Shown piece by piece: positions 46,406 through 60,949 of a DNA stretch of 64,000 bases. Origin of the DNA: the human T2T-CHM13v2.0 reference genome, Homo sapiens; contig CP068257.2 of NCBI GenBank assembly GCA_009914755.4, positions 24,416,001 to 24,480,000 on the forward strand, given 5' to 3'. Within the stretch, counting starts at the first letter, position 1; each line of letters starts with the position of its first letter. The notes below the pieces were generated by a model. It made no database searches. It saw nothing but the letters and a program-made list of their open reading frames with translations, and had not been told where the DNA came from. The position numbers and the translations under genes are program-made.

Positions 46406-49400
46406 CTCAATACATACTTGAAAAAAAAGGGGGGAAAAATCTCAAATGGTGCTAACACAAAATATTTTTTAAATGCATTGAAAGGCAGGTATTTGACCAA
46501 TGACTAGGCAGAAGCAAAACTATTACGATTGGGAAAGAGGAAAGAATACATAAGCACAAAGAATTTGGAAGACTTGGGATTAAACAAAGACTCAATTTAA
46601 ACCATAAGATCCAAGTTATCTTCTCAATCAAACTTTACAAGGGTTTATAACCAAGAGCAAAAATAAAAGACTGTGTTTTTACTTTTTCTCTTGAACCTTG
46701 CCCTTGACCAAAACCTGGATCAAAGAATCAAGGGCAAAAAAAACACTATGAATGATAACAACAAAACAACCCAGTAACACAAAATACAAATTCAGAGAAG
46801 CATGAGACTATGAAAGGAGCAGAGTAGATAATTCACAGTCAAAGTTATGTATTTATCATCATGTTAAGCTATGCACCAACATGTATACTGCAAAGCAATC
46901 CTTTGGAAAAACAAATTAAACAATGAGTTAAACTTGTGAGCAAAAAGTCAAAACGACGTGACGGTGATGAGTTCTGTTGGTTTTGTTCTATCCTAGGACC
47001 AGACTGTTAACAGCCACCTCAGACTTAGCCAGCTAGTTATCTCTAAAATATTTTGGTCATGAGAGACACAAAGTGAGAACGCAAAGTAAAAAATTCATCC
47101 ACCACTATTGGGAGAAAAAAAAAATCATTAAATGAGTAGCTCTGTCAATGGTAACTAATGGTTTCCACGCATTTTTTTCAAAAAAAAAAAAAAAAAAAAA
47201 GAAGAAGAATTTGCCCAATGACAGATACCAGAATACCGTGAATTTTCATGGTGCTGAATCAAACACCCATCAACCAGGAATTCTATACCTAATGAAGCAA
47301 TTGTTCAATAATAAGAAAAACATTGTTCAACAATAAGAATGATTAAGATGAAAGTCATCCAACAAAACGGAATCAAAATATTAATGTAATACAGGGTTTG
47401 AGATGATCTGATGAAAAGACTAGCTGTAAACAATGAGTCCAGTTAAAGACAGACCCTATGAATGAGAAGTATGGCAACAGAGGAGATGGTAAGATTATAA
47501 CTTTGAAAATATAAAAATAATACAACTTATAAAACCTGTGAGAAGGAAACGTGGTAACATTGTGAGAGTATTCTTTTCCTTGCCGTTCCTAGCAATGAAT
47601 CCATCAATACGGTTTAAAAAATAAAAACATGAAGTTAAAAAAAAAAGGCAAAACGAACACTTTCCAACACACGCATGAAAATCCAAGCCTACAAATGAGA
47701 ACTATTCATTATTTCTAATTATAAAAGAAAAACACCAGAATAGCTACAATGTGGAAAGTGGCAGGAAGATCCTGAAATATCTATAAAGAATGTTCTAGAG
47801 AATTCAAGATGCACAATTTGAAAGAAAATGTCAACACTGTCTAAAACTTCTGAGTGAACTTGTCTCCCCTGCCACCTGCTCAATACTCCCCAAAAAGCCA
47901 CTTAAAATCCTAATGCATGATGCACTCCCTCACCTCGCCCTGTCCAGCCTACAAGCCTTTTCTAATCCATACCCACTGTGTTGCAGCACTGGGGTCATTC
48001 TTCTATTTTGCCCATGCCATTCCTCATCCCTCTTCTGGCAACAGCTCCTCTCCCCACATCACACGGCCACACCCACAAGGCCAAGATGGGCTAGTCCTGA
48101 TACTGAGTCCCTGCAGATACGGTGGTGGCTCCAAGGGCAGACGTGTAACTCAAAGCAGTGCCAACCAGAAGCACTCCCTGATAATGCCCATGGGCAGAAC
48201 AAAGTTGGGATGCCAAACCAGGACTAACACTACCAGAGGTCGTGGCTACCAACATCCCTGGTCTCCTTGAGGACACCCATCTTAGCAGGAGAAAAGGAGT
48301 AAACACACAGCAGGAAGGTAAGCAGAAACAAAAGAGACCCTAATGGGGAAATTCTAGGCAGTACTGACCCTCGGTTCCAGCACCTAGGGATCTCATTTCT
48401 GTGTACATTTTTAAGAAATTGGGTAAGCATCCCCCACACTACGATCCTTCCCATCAGTGGGAGAAAATATTCTCCATATATAAAATACAAATTGTTTAGG
48501 GGGTTTTTATCACCTGGCAAAAGAAACTGCCTAATTAACCCACCCTATCTCCCCATTCTTCCTCAGAAAAGGAGATGTTCCCTCCCCTTTCCAAGACCCA
48601 GGCAATCACATATCCACTGGATCTCCTTTCTGCCTAGTTCTTACAGAACTGAATACCATAGTCATAGCTTACTGTAACCTTGTACTCTTGGGCCCAAGCG
48701 ATCCTCTCACTCAAAGCGCTGCGACTACAGGTCTGAGCCACGGAGCTCGGCCAAAACCTAGTTCTTAAGAGATACCTGCAACTAGTGCTTAGGATGGGTA
48801 TCAGTCCTTCCCACAGTTTAGTTTAAGCTTCCTTAGGCCCAAATTCCTTCCATTTAAAAATCAAAATCACAAAGCCTTTCCTTTTGTCTTCAATGACCTC
48901 AAAGCTTTTTGCCTCTAGGTCTTTCCTCCAGGAGTCCACAGCTGACTCACCATTGACCCACGTTGTTTTTCCTGCAATGGACTACAACGTAACTTCTCCC
49001 CATGCTATTCCACAGGGTCAACAATGACCTTCTATTTGCCAGATCCTAACAATGTTTTGTCACACACACATACAAATGTCCAAAAACAAGATATGAGCAA
49101 AAGAGATTGCTGGGTGTCCTAGCATTGAAATGCAGGTGTTGTCTTGCAGACCCTGAGGGTGGCGGGGAAAGGATTATCTGATTCTACAGCATGTTCCTCC
49201 AGTTGACTTGCTACTAAATAAGCTATTTTACGACTTACACCCTTAAAATTCTTACACCCTTATTACTTACATCCTTACAAGCTATTCCACACCCTTAGAG
49301 CTTTGTAAAGATGGATACTGCAGACACCCCATAGCAATGCAAGTGTTCCTGTACCATGGAAATAATTTGACGATATTCCAGATAATTCCAGATGATTCCT

Positions 49401-50715
49401 GTTCATAGCCATGCAACTCAAGTGTGCTGGGGAAGGAATTTTAAATCTCTCCAAGTCAAAATGAACCATTTTTCACATCTTACAGTTCATCTCATTAATG
49501 AATTGAATAAAATATTTGACATGTGTTCAGTCTGCATGACAGACATGATTTTACCATGTCAAAAACTACACTTCAACTGCTTTCCGTTTGCATCATGCTT
49601 GCACTCTTATCTTTCCCCTCATTTAGAAATTTACATGGCTTGCCTTCCAGCATGTAACGCCTCCTACTTCCTATCCTATCTCTCTGGCCACTGCTCATCT
49701 CCCTCATGGGGAATCGTCTCTCTTTGTTTGCCTTCAATGCTGCAATTCCCCAAGGTGCTTTCCTTCGGTTCTTCTCCACAGGTGTCACTGAGTGGGTAAA
49801 ATGAGTGCAAGTACTTAGCATAGTAGCTGACCCTTTGTGACCCTTTGTGAATGCTCAATGCTGATGGTATTAGTGTCACTGTCACCATGTAGTTTTTAGA
49901 TTGCTAAAATTATGATTTTACAAGCTTTTCTCCCCCTTTGAAGAACAGGCCCTGTGTTCTGTTCATCAATGCACCCTTAGTATCCAAAGACATTATGTCT
50001 GAGGAGGAAGAGAGCACCACAGGGTTCTAGAAAGGCATATAATCATCTTACATCCAAATGTATTTAATGAAAGATGTATTTAAAAGGACCCCAAACAAGC
50101 CTTGTTCCCTGACTTGCAACATGCAGTGAAGTTCTGGTTGAAGGTATGGAGGGACTCATTTCTACCTCCCTCTCCCACTTGCCAGATCATGGGATCTAAG
50201 ACCCTTACAGCTCAGAGTCACTGGTGGCTCGGGATAGCACAGAGAACAGCACTGTTCCACGGAAACAGAATGCAACTGCCTATGGAACCTCAATTTCCTC
50301 ACTGCCACGTGAAACGTCAAAAGAAACAAGTGAAATCAATTTTAATCACATAGTTACAACTCAGTAACATTTATGATGTATTTAACAACATATTCAAAAC
50401 ATAACTATTTCAATGTTAAACCTATATAAAAATGAATGTGATCATTTTACAGGTTTTCTCACATTATATCTTTGAGATACGGTATCTATCTTACACTTAT
50501 AGCACACATCAGTTTCCACTAGCCACATTTCAAGTGCCAAACAACCACATAGGGCCAGTGGCTACAGTACTGGACAGCACACGGCTAGAGGCTGCAGCAT
50601 GGCAGTCTCTGGGAGAACGAAGATATATGGTAGGGGACATAGTGATAAAGCAAGAAGGTGATTTGTTTAAATGCAAATCTACAATCACTCCTCTTCTCTG
50701 AAAAAATAAAGTCTA

Positions 50716-51036
<321 letters not shown>

Positions 51037-51326
51037 ATAAAGTCTAGTGACTTCCTGTTGCTACAAAATAAAGCCCAAATCCATTAAAATGGCTCACAAG
51101 GTATGATGTTTTGGCCCTTTCTTACTTATGGCGCCTAATGTTGAAGAATCTGGCTGGTGTGTATCATCCAACAAGACTTCCGTGGGTGGGTGGTAGGCAG
51201 AGGACAGATAATACCAGAATTGCAAGAGGAAGGTGACAGCAAAGGGCTAATTCTCCCCACTCATGGTGGCCACCAACAATCTGGTAAAGTCCAGAACTGG
51301 GAAGAACCACTCTGTGCTCAACCCTT

Positions 51327-51726
51327 TGATACAGTTTGGCTCTGTGTCCCTACCCAAATCTCATGTCGAATTGTAATTCCCAGTGTTGGAAGTGGGGTCT
51401 GGTGGGAAGGGATTGGATCATGGGGGTGGTTTCAATGTTTAAGCACCATCCCTCGAGTGCTGTCCCGTGACAGTGTTCTCATGAGATCCGGGTGTTTGAA
51501 AGTGTGTAGCACCTCTCCCTTCACACTCTTTCTCTTTCTTGCTCTGGCCATGTGAACATGTGTCTTCTTCCCCTTCACCTCCTGCCATGATTCTAAGTTT
51601 CCTGAGGCCTCCCCAGCCATGCTTCCCATACAGCCTTTGGAACCGTGAACCACTTAAACCTCTTTTCTTTATAAATTACCCAGTCTCAGGTAGTTTATTA
51701 CAGCAATGTGAGAACAGACTAATACA
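51327..51726 (+). mobile_element. Solitary MaLR LTR of the THE1/MST family (about 400 bp, TG...CA termini).
   Basis: tgatacagtttggctctgtgtccctacccaaatctcatgtcgaattgtaattcccagtgttggaag...ccatgattctaagtttcctgaggcctccccagccatgcttcc...cacttaaacctcttttctttataaattacccagtctcaggtagtttattacagcaatgtgagaacagactaataca matches the THE1/MST LTR consensus (TGATATGGTTTGGCTGTGTCCCCACCCAAATCTCAT...TTATAAATTACCCAGTCTCGGGTATGTCTTTATTAGCAGTGTGAGAACGGACTAATACA). Confidence 0.8.
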
Positions 51727-52271
51727 CCCTGGGACAAACAACAGGCTAAGACAGAAAGTAAAGCTACCCAGGCATTAGTAGGATCTCTAAGTGAAACGGG
51801 AAAAGAGGGGTGTTCCTGGGGTCAAGAAGAGTAATTTTTGTATGGCCACCATACAAATGTGAAAACATCTGGTTATTCATACGTGAAACTAAGGGAAGAA
51901 AAACTTAGATGCAAACTATGACACATGTATCAAAATAGTCGATTCACCAGAAAAGGACAATTTGGTCAATGTCATAAACTAAATTTTAATTCTAGCCTTT
52001 AAAAAAAGTTTATTTGACACTCAGAATACATAGTCTGTATGCATATATCAAAAAAATGGTATCAAAAACATATAAGTATGCACAGAGTTCTGATTTATAA
52101 AATTTATAACTTATCTACACAATTGTACTACAAGAACTCTTCAGCAGAATGTAAATATTATTTCTAACATTGACACTTTATAAAAGTCACACCCAGGCAA
52201 AAGCTGATTTATTATCAATCCATACTTAGTAAATCAGCACACAGAATGTTCTTGTAAAAATACATATAATG

Positions 52272-52580
<309 letters not shown>

Positions 52581-53564
52581 TACATATAATGAACTTAAGT
52601 ATTAGTGATTTCCACTATTCATCATTTCACATCATGGTTCATACTCCTTTCAAGATAAAAATTACTTAATATGTAATATATTGTGATAATGTAGATGCTT
52701 TTTGCTTCTCAAAACACCAATTAGTAATTAGAGCTTGTCCTTTCTTAAACAGAGCGCTATCAAAACAAATTAAACCTTTTAATAATAATAATTTTAGTAT
52801 TTACAATTTAAAATAAAAGGATCTCAATAGAATAGTAATATTAATTAAACAACAAACATTCATTATCCAAGTAGGCTAAAGAAAAATTTCTAGTACAAAA
52901 AGGATTACAACAAAAGAAAATGTTGCCAGGCTATCTGCTGTTTATAATGAGTGTCGAGAATTCTGCTTTGCCAACAAGCATAAGACTAATTACTTCTAAT
53001 GTTCTTAAGATGCAGTCACATGCAGAGATAACTATCTAAGAAGTGTGAGATAAAATGCCTGGAACTCCAGCTATTTTAAATTGAATAAGAAAGGAGCACC
53101 CTGTATAGTAACAGCAAAAAGACTACAAAGAATTAAACAAAAATGAAGATCTCCACGAAATGACAAAGGATGATTTCCAGGATACAAAGTTAAGTTAAAA
53201 AAAAAAAAAAAAAAAAAAGCAAAGTGCAGAACAGTGAACTTTGTACTTTTTTTGTACAAGAAGGAAAAATATGTATTTTCTTTTGCCAAAAAAATAAATC
53301 AGGAACAATGAAAATGTTTATCAATAGAGAATGAGTGAAAAGTGAGCTTTCTGAGTATATTTCATAGAACTAACATGATAGTCAAAAAGTAAAATTAATA
53401 AGGGAGGAAAAAACCAAACTATAATAGAATACAAACAGATACAAATGAACTAAAATATGTATCAAGCTGGTAACAGAAAAAAATTAATGCTAGCACTTTT
53501 AACCAAAAGACCTTGACTGTAGAGCCGTGGTGAGATATATACTGAAGATGAAAGGAGTGTGGAG

Positions 53565-53859
<295 letters not shown>

Positions 53860-53997
53860 TTAAACTACTGTTTAGTGATGGTCATAATACGACATCATAA
53901 TTTTAAAAACATTTATATGTATATCATAGGGTAATGCAAATAAATATATTAATGGTATGGTGAATCATTAGGAACCAAGATTTTTACTGTAGGGTTA

Positions 53998-54270
<273 letters not shown>

Positions 54271-56889
54271 TCAGTTAGTTATAGTATCCATAGCTCCAAG
54301 GCAGAGGCTTGGAGGAAGAACAGGGATAACTATCAAAAAGAGTTCTATTCTTGCTCATTCTCAATTAGGAATCAGCCCGGTCTTCAACACTCCTTTAGAT
54401 TAAGTGTTATGTATGCTACAGATGTTCTTAGCCACCTATAAGGCAATGCTTTCTTTTATACTAAAACAGAGAAGGAAATTACCAATACCGAAAGGAATTT
54501 ATTCATGAAAAATTTACACGTTTTCCCATATGAGATTTTGTGGTACCTGCTGAAAGGTTCTGACAACAAAATTACACGTTTTCCTATAATAAATATAATC
54601 ACTGTGGAGGCTACCGCATTCTTATAATAAACTCCACTGACTCACACAGAGCATGATGCCTGCCAGGCCCTGCCTGATGACCAAGACTGAAAATAATATT
54701 TGTGCCACCTCTCAGCACTGAGAGCAAGTATGGCGTTGGTAGTTAGCAAGTGACTGTATTATGATTTTGAACAGAAAAATTCACTGTAGAATTCACCATC
54801 CACAAATATAACTGAGTATGTTGGCGATCCCTCCTGGTTTCCCCCAGAATATTCTCTGGTTATCAGTCTCAACTCTTAACAAGTCTGTTAAGAGTGCTGG
54901 TGTCTCCTCTCCCAACCATCTGCAAGGAGCCAACATTTTCTCATTTGGAGCTCTACATAGTGCCTGCTGGGTAGTAAGTAAGGGGTCCTAGCTATTACCA
55001 TTGCAGGCAATAGACCACTTCACAAAATAACTTCATGAAAAAGGGTGCCTTCTGTATTTTCAAACTCTTCTGTGTACAGGCATTACCTTTACAAAAATAT
55101 TTTTAAAAGAGAAAATGGAAGTCCTGAAATATCTATACCGTGTCACTTAACAGGTTCTGGTATCTCAAAAAGAAAAAAAAATTCAGCAAGAAATGAAAAA
55201 TATATCCACAGGAGTAAAGGTGTTATTAAACCAATCAATTAGAAGGCATATTAATCATGATAGGCCCTCCCTTGTCAAATCCAGCTGCTGGGGAAATGTG
55301 AGACACCCATGCCAAGAAGAATTAACTTCCAGCAGAAGCCATTCGTTCACACACTCAAGAACTGGGTGATTCCACGATAACTTGTATCATTCCTAAAAAC
55401 TGTCCACAGGAGGAAAAACACCAACTAAAATTGCACTGAGAAATTTTCAGTTAAAGAAATGAAACAGTTTCCAAACATTTCTTCCCACATAAATGTAAAA
55501 TAAGATACCTCTGGCCATTTTAGTCATTTTTACACATACTTCGTCAAAACCCAACAGAGGACTTAGGTCCTTACAACAAAAAAACAAAACAGGTCTTAGA
55601 TTGAACCAAGTCATGAGTGCAAAAGCTGCTGGCAAAATCTCTAGAGCCATGTTTTCAAGTAACTTTTCCAATATTTAACGAAATTCTGCCTTTACATTGC
55701 CAGATGGTTAAGTCAAAGCAGCCGATGCCAAAATATCCAGATCATCTGCAGAAATAGCTAGAACCCCTCAACTCCATCTGAGCCCCTTGCCACTTCCTGT
55801 GACTTCCATGAAACTGGGGGGTCTCATTCTCTGACAGATGCAAAGCAGCAGGCTAAGTAGAATGCTCTATAAATTTAAATTTCACAGCTTTCCTGAGGGA
55901 TTAAGAGGAAATTCATTGTCTTGATCTTAGAAATCGAAATGCAAATGTTGTCAATCTTACTGAAATAAGTAGTATAGATAATAACACTGCAAAAACATTA
56001 AAGAAAGTCAAATAATAATCAGATACCTGTGGATAAGGCCCTACATCAGATGCTATGGAGGGCCCTGCCCGTAAGGAATGTACAATCCACTAATGGAATC
56101 GCCATTGTTCCCACAGTACTTTATTCTGTTCACCTTCCGAATTCATTCCTGTCCCAAAGATTTCCAGTCTTGGCAGCATGTTGTTAACTGTACGGAGACA
56201 CTAATGAGCCTTTACCATAGCTGGTAAATATTCTGTTGAAACAGTCTCCTCCTCTGCCTCAAACTCTCTCTGTACTTTTGTTTATCCACAATCTGTTCAT
56301 TACAATGTCTAAGGAAAGCGTTCTACCTTCTTGTCAATACAAATGCACTTGATTCCATTTCCTCCCCGCAAGGAGAGGAAATTGACAATTTCTCTCCCCA
56401 GGGTAGCCAGCCTCCAAGAAGGCCCCCAATAGTCCCTGCCTCCTGCTATTCATGGACCCTGGGAAACTCCACAATGTATCAGGGTCTGTCTGTGCAACAA
56501 ATGGAGTACAGCAGAAGTGATGATGGTGTAACTTCCGAGCATGTATATATTAGACTTAAAGATGCTGCAACTCTTTTAAAAACAAACCCTTTGCTACCAG
56601 AAAGGTCACTGAAGGGCATGATGATGTGTAACATCCAAAACAAGGTCATGAAGGGCATCACAATTCTTCATTGCTCTCTGGGATCACTCACTGTGAGGGA
56701 GGTCATCAGCTGCCATGTTCTGAGACATTTGGTGCTAAAACCAGGAAAGTTTTTGGCAAAATACACTGGATCACCCTACCTGACAAACCAAGTAAATGCT
56801 TCATTTTTTTTTCCTCTTTTGACTTAACTTCCTTTGATTTCTTCTATTTTTCACTTTGTCATCCTCCCTGCTTCTTGACTTTACAGCTA

Positions 56890-57125
56890 TTTTAATGTCA
56901 TCTGTTGGCATATGTGTGTATGCTGACTATCAAAAAGTGGTAATTTTTTAAACATTTTTTTCAAATAAATTTATTATGACCCTATAATTGTCTCATGTTC
57001 TTGCCATTTTTTAATGCCATCTGTTGGCATATGTGTGTATGTTGACTACCAAAAAGTGGTAATTTTTAAAACATTTTTTTCAAATAACTTGATTACGGCG
57101 CTATAACTGTCTCATGTTGTCTTCA
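56890..57125. repeat. Tandem segmental duplication, about 118-bp unit x2 at roughly 92% identity.
   Basis: The unit tttaatg[t/c]catctgttggcatatgtgtgtatg[c/t]tgacta[t/c]caaaaagtggtaattttt...acatttttttcaaataa...tataa[t/c]tgtctcatgtt occurs at 56890-57004 and again at 57007-57124. Confidence 0.9.
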
Positions 57126-58999
57126 TTTTAACAATGAGAGTTTAGACTAGAAAATATATGCTTCAGTTCCTGTCAGGTTTTCCACCAGATGAGATTTAAT
57201 ATTAACTTTAAAAATAAATGTTTGGAGAATCGTGATGATTAACATGCTCTATTTTCTTCAAGTGGAGATCATTTAATAATTTAAACTGCGAATCCTCAAT
57301 AATAGGGTAAGCTGTTGAATTAGAAATTGTAAAATTGGTTGTGTGTATAGATCTTCTTACATTTGACATTACAAGAGGCCCTTCACAAATAAATATCAAC
57401 TCACAAAAGCCATGTTTCTCAAGTAAAATTTTTTCCCCCCGAACCAACACCAGATGTGTATATGGAAATCAGAGCAATTAGCTTGGAGATACAAATTGAA
57501 CCAGAAACCTTCCTATTCTTACTGAAGCCCATCTGCAAACAATTCCATGCTTTCACTACATATGCCTGTCTCCCTGAATTAAAACAAGACAAACAACTCA
57601 CGGCATCCTCACCTGCATCAAATAACCCATTTATGAAACAAAGCCTGGTTGCTAAGCGCAGCCACTCCCTGGCATTCAGCCAGAAGGAAATGTGGCCACA
57701 TTAAACATTGCCATCCAAGGGTTAACTCCCTTTTCCTGAGTGAAGCCTCCAAGAAATGACTTAATAAATGATACACAGGGTCCTATTCAGGATCTGTTAA
57801 TATGGACACTCTTAAAATTGAAATCTTTTAAGATTCAATTTACCTGCCAAATACCTGAAATCTGGCAGGTATTTGCTGCCAGTAAAAAAGCACAGTCTTA
57901 CAAAGTCATCCTAAAGATAATTATTCCTAATTTTTTAAACATTTTTATTTTCTAAAAGAAAAGAAATATAAATACCTTAGTAGATGGGAAATATAACCAC
58001 TTAACTACTACATTTTAGTTCTATTTATGTCTTAACACTATTCTAAGGTGAGTTAAGATTACTTTGCAAAAATCTAAGACAACATTTAAAAGATGAGAAC
58101 TGTGATATAACTGGCCGTTTGTGGTCTATGCTTTTCTAAGACTGAATATGAAGGTAATTCTTGTAAACTGAATGACTTGCCACTGACATCATAAAACTGG
58201 AGATGCTTTCCCATGGGAAAACAGTGTTCCTGACAATGAACAAAATAACCAGCTAAAAACAATGAAGCATTCATAAATTGCCTCAAAAGCAAGAGGCTGT
58301 TTACCAAGTGCTCTGAACTACAGAGACGTACATATCAAACTTAAAAATGCTACAAGTCTTAAAAACAGAAAGAAAATATTTTTGTTACCAGAAAAAAAAT
58401 ATTTTTGAGCCACAATATAAAGAATACTGAAGTGAAATGGACTTTCCAAAGCAATTTTTAGAAATGGCTTTAAAAGAGGCTTAAGGGGATAACATAAACG
58501 AATATAAACATATATACCTAATCTGGACCAGTCTGCAGATGTGAATCTGGAAACCCTACGCCTACAGTTGCTACAATTTTCAATTAAATGCAAAGCCACC
58601 TTCTTGAACAAGTTCTCTTGTTGTCCTTTCAAACAGGGTGTTCCCTTTCTCCAAAAAGTTTCTCTCTGTTATCATCTAGGAGATCAAAATTCCTTATAGA
58701 GCAGGCTTGGCAGCATTCCTCCCCAACAGGGTCTCAACTAGGAGGGAAAAGTGAACAAGGAGCTCTCTGTTTTGCTAGCTGAGAGGTCCTGTTTGGCAAG
58801 GAGAGGGCACAGATCCATAGCTTAGTTGCATCCGTGGATTTATGTAATTTTAAGGTTTCTGGCTAATGAAAGCCATCTGTTTTCTGCATTTGAACCACCC
58901 GCTGACTAGTCTAAATAGCTGGCCTCATATAATGAAGTATTTGGTACTTTTTAATCAGTTCAAACTTCTTCGAGTCAGATTCTTGCATAATCTCAGTAT

Positions 59000-59291
59000 T
59001 TTTTTTTGGATACACTGTCACACTCCACCACCCAGACTAGAGTGCAGTGGCATGATCTCGGCTCACTGCAACCTCTCCGCCTCCTAGGTTCAAGCTATTC
59101 TCCTGCCTCAGCCTCCCAAGTAGCTGGGACTACAGGCCTGTGCCACCACGCCCAGATAATTTTTGTATTTTTAGTAGAGACAGGGTTTCACCATGTTGGC
59201 CAGGCTGGTCTCGAACTCCTGGCCTCAAGTGATCCTCCTGCCTCGGCCTCCCAAAATGTTGGGATTACAGGCATGAGCCACTGTGCCCAGC
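59000..59291 (-). mobile_element. Full-length Alu, minus orientation.
   Basis: (t)10ggatacactgtcacactccaccacccagactagagtgcagtggcatgatctcggctcactgcaacc...gggattacaggcatgagccactgtgcccagc. Confidence 0.9.
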
Positions 59292-60126
59292 TTTGTAGCG
59301 ATACTATTTCTATCACATCCATGGTTTCCTGACATAAATACTGGATTCCCTTAACCTGGGCATAATTCAACTATACCCCACAAGAGTGCTTTACATTTTC
59401 ATATTAAAACATTTAAATTCTCCATTGTCAAATGTAAAGAACTATTTTCTAGAATCATAATCTAGAAAATCTGAGTGAACCCCTTTCAGGGGAATAATTC
59501 ATCTGTAGGGTTTTCTTTTAAATGCCAAAAAAGTATTTCCAGTGTAAGCGGAACATCTGCAGTTGCTCATTTCATCACTAACAGAGAACTGAAATTAAAA
59601 TCAGAATCACAAAAGTGGACCATAAGAGGGAGGAAAGGGCACCAGGTAAGGATATGTCCAAGGCCATGGGGTTATAGGGACAGAGAAGGGAATTCAACCT
59701 ATTCCGTCAAGGGTTCTGTTAATGTGACCGGGCTGTCTCTCAAATTAAAATGGAAAATTGCAATTTTCCAAGGCTTTGCCCCTGTGTGTGTGTGTGCATG
59801 TATTTGTGGTGAGCAAAAATAGAGAAGCTATTAAAAAAGAAAAATAAAATGTGATGACTGAAACTGCAAGTGGTTTCTATTTACCCTTGTGGAGAGTTGC
59901 CACATCTATTCACAGCCACTATTTGCTACACAATTATTTCAGAGCTTGAGTTTCGGCTTAAAAAATGATTTGCCATGAAAGCGAATAGGAGAAAAACAAT
60001 TCCTTTCAGAGGAGTAATCTACATATTTCACTCCTGGAAACCTGAAATTCTTTTTGGGTCACTGTTGATCTGGCTTCTAATTACAAGCTATCCTCCCTTG
60101 ATGTTTTTCACGGCCTCTGTTGATAT

Positions 60127-60168
60127 TAGATTGGTGCAAAAATCGCAATTACTTTTGTGCCAACCTAA
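60127..60168. mobile_element. Internally deleted MADE1/Hsmar1-type mariner MITE remnant (about 42 bp, TIR to TIR).
   Basis: ttagattggtgcaaaaatcgcaattacttttgtgccaacctaa corresponds to both ends of the 80-bp MADE1 consensus (TTAGGTTGGTGCAAAAGTAATTGCGG...CCGCAATTACTTTTGCACCAACCTAA) and is flanked by TA. Confidence 0.6.
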
Positions 60169-60658
60169 TACCAAGCTTTTTTACTACTCAAAGGATAGAT
60201 GTTCTCAAGTTGACCCAAAACTCCTACCCACTCATAAGAAGGCCAGTAAGTCATGCTTGCTGCTGGTGCCCAGTAGGAAATCAAGAGGTCCCTCAATAGG
60301 AGTCTTTGTTATTCACTACTCGTGAAATTAATAACCAACATTTGAAGCATGCATTTAGGCAGGACCCAGTAAGAGTGGCATCTACTGCTAGGACTGATAT
60401 AAATGAATATAAAAGTGGAATTACAAAAAATAGAGCCTTATGCATGGCAAACAAACTCTTAGCCTCAAAAACAGTTTACAATCTAGTCAATGTCCATTTA
60501 GTCTTAAAAGGTGAATGTTTTCTTTTAACTTCATATATATACATACACACACACTAACATATATGAAACCATACACATACTATATAGTATGTGATGAAAT
60601 GAGCGAGATGTAAAAAGTTCATCTCTTTCATTCTGTCTTTACAGTTTTTCTGTGTGTC

Positions 60659-60949
60659 TTTTGTTTTGTTTCGTTTTCTGAGACAGAGTCTTGCTCAGTC
60701 GCCCAGGCTGGAGTGCAGCGGGGTGATCTCGGCTCACCGCAACCTCTGCCTCCTGGGTTCAAGCGATTCTTGTGCTTTAACCTCCTGAGTAGCTGGGACT
60801 ACAGGCGTGCACCACTACGCCTGGCTAATTTTTGTATTTTTTAGTAGAGACGGGTTTTTGCCATGTTGCCACTCCTGACCTCAAGTGATCTGCCCGCCTC
60901 GGCCTCCCAAAGTGCTGGGATTATACGCATGAGCCACAACGCCTGGCCT
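60659..60949 (-). mobile_element. Full-length Alu, minus orientation, with a small internal deletion.
   Basis: ttgttttgtttcgttttctgagacagagtcttgctcagtcgcccaggctggagtgcagcggggtgatctcggctcaccgcaacc...gggattatacgcatgagccacaacgcctggcc. Confidence 0.9.

Noticed and set aside
49392-49799. 135-aa plus ORF and overlapping minus ORFs in a unique-looking region of intron 2.
   Set aside because: There is no recognizable protein similarity, no splice signals and no codon-usage signal. The length is consistent with chance in AT-moderate sequence.
51157-51555. 132-aa plus ORF.
   Set aside because: It overlaps the THE1/MST solo LTR. LTR sequence commonly yields spurious ORFs, and this family encodes no protein.
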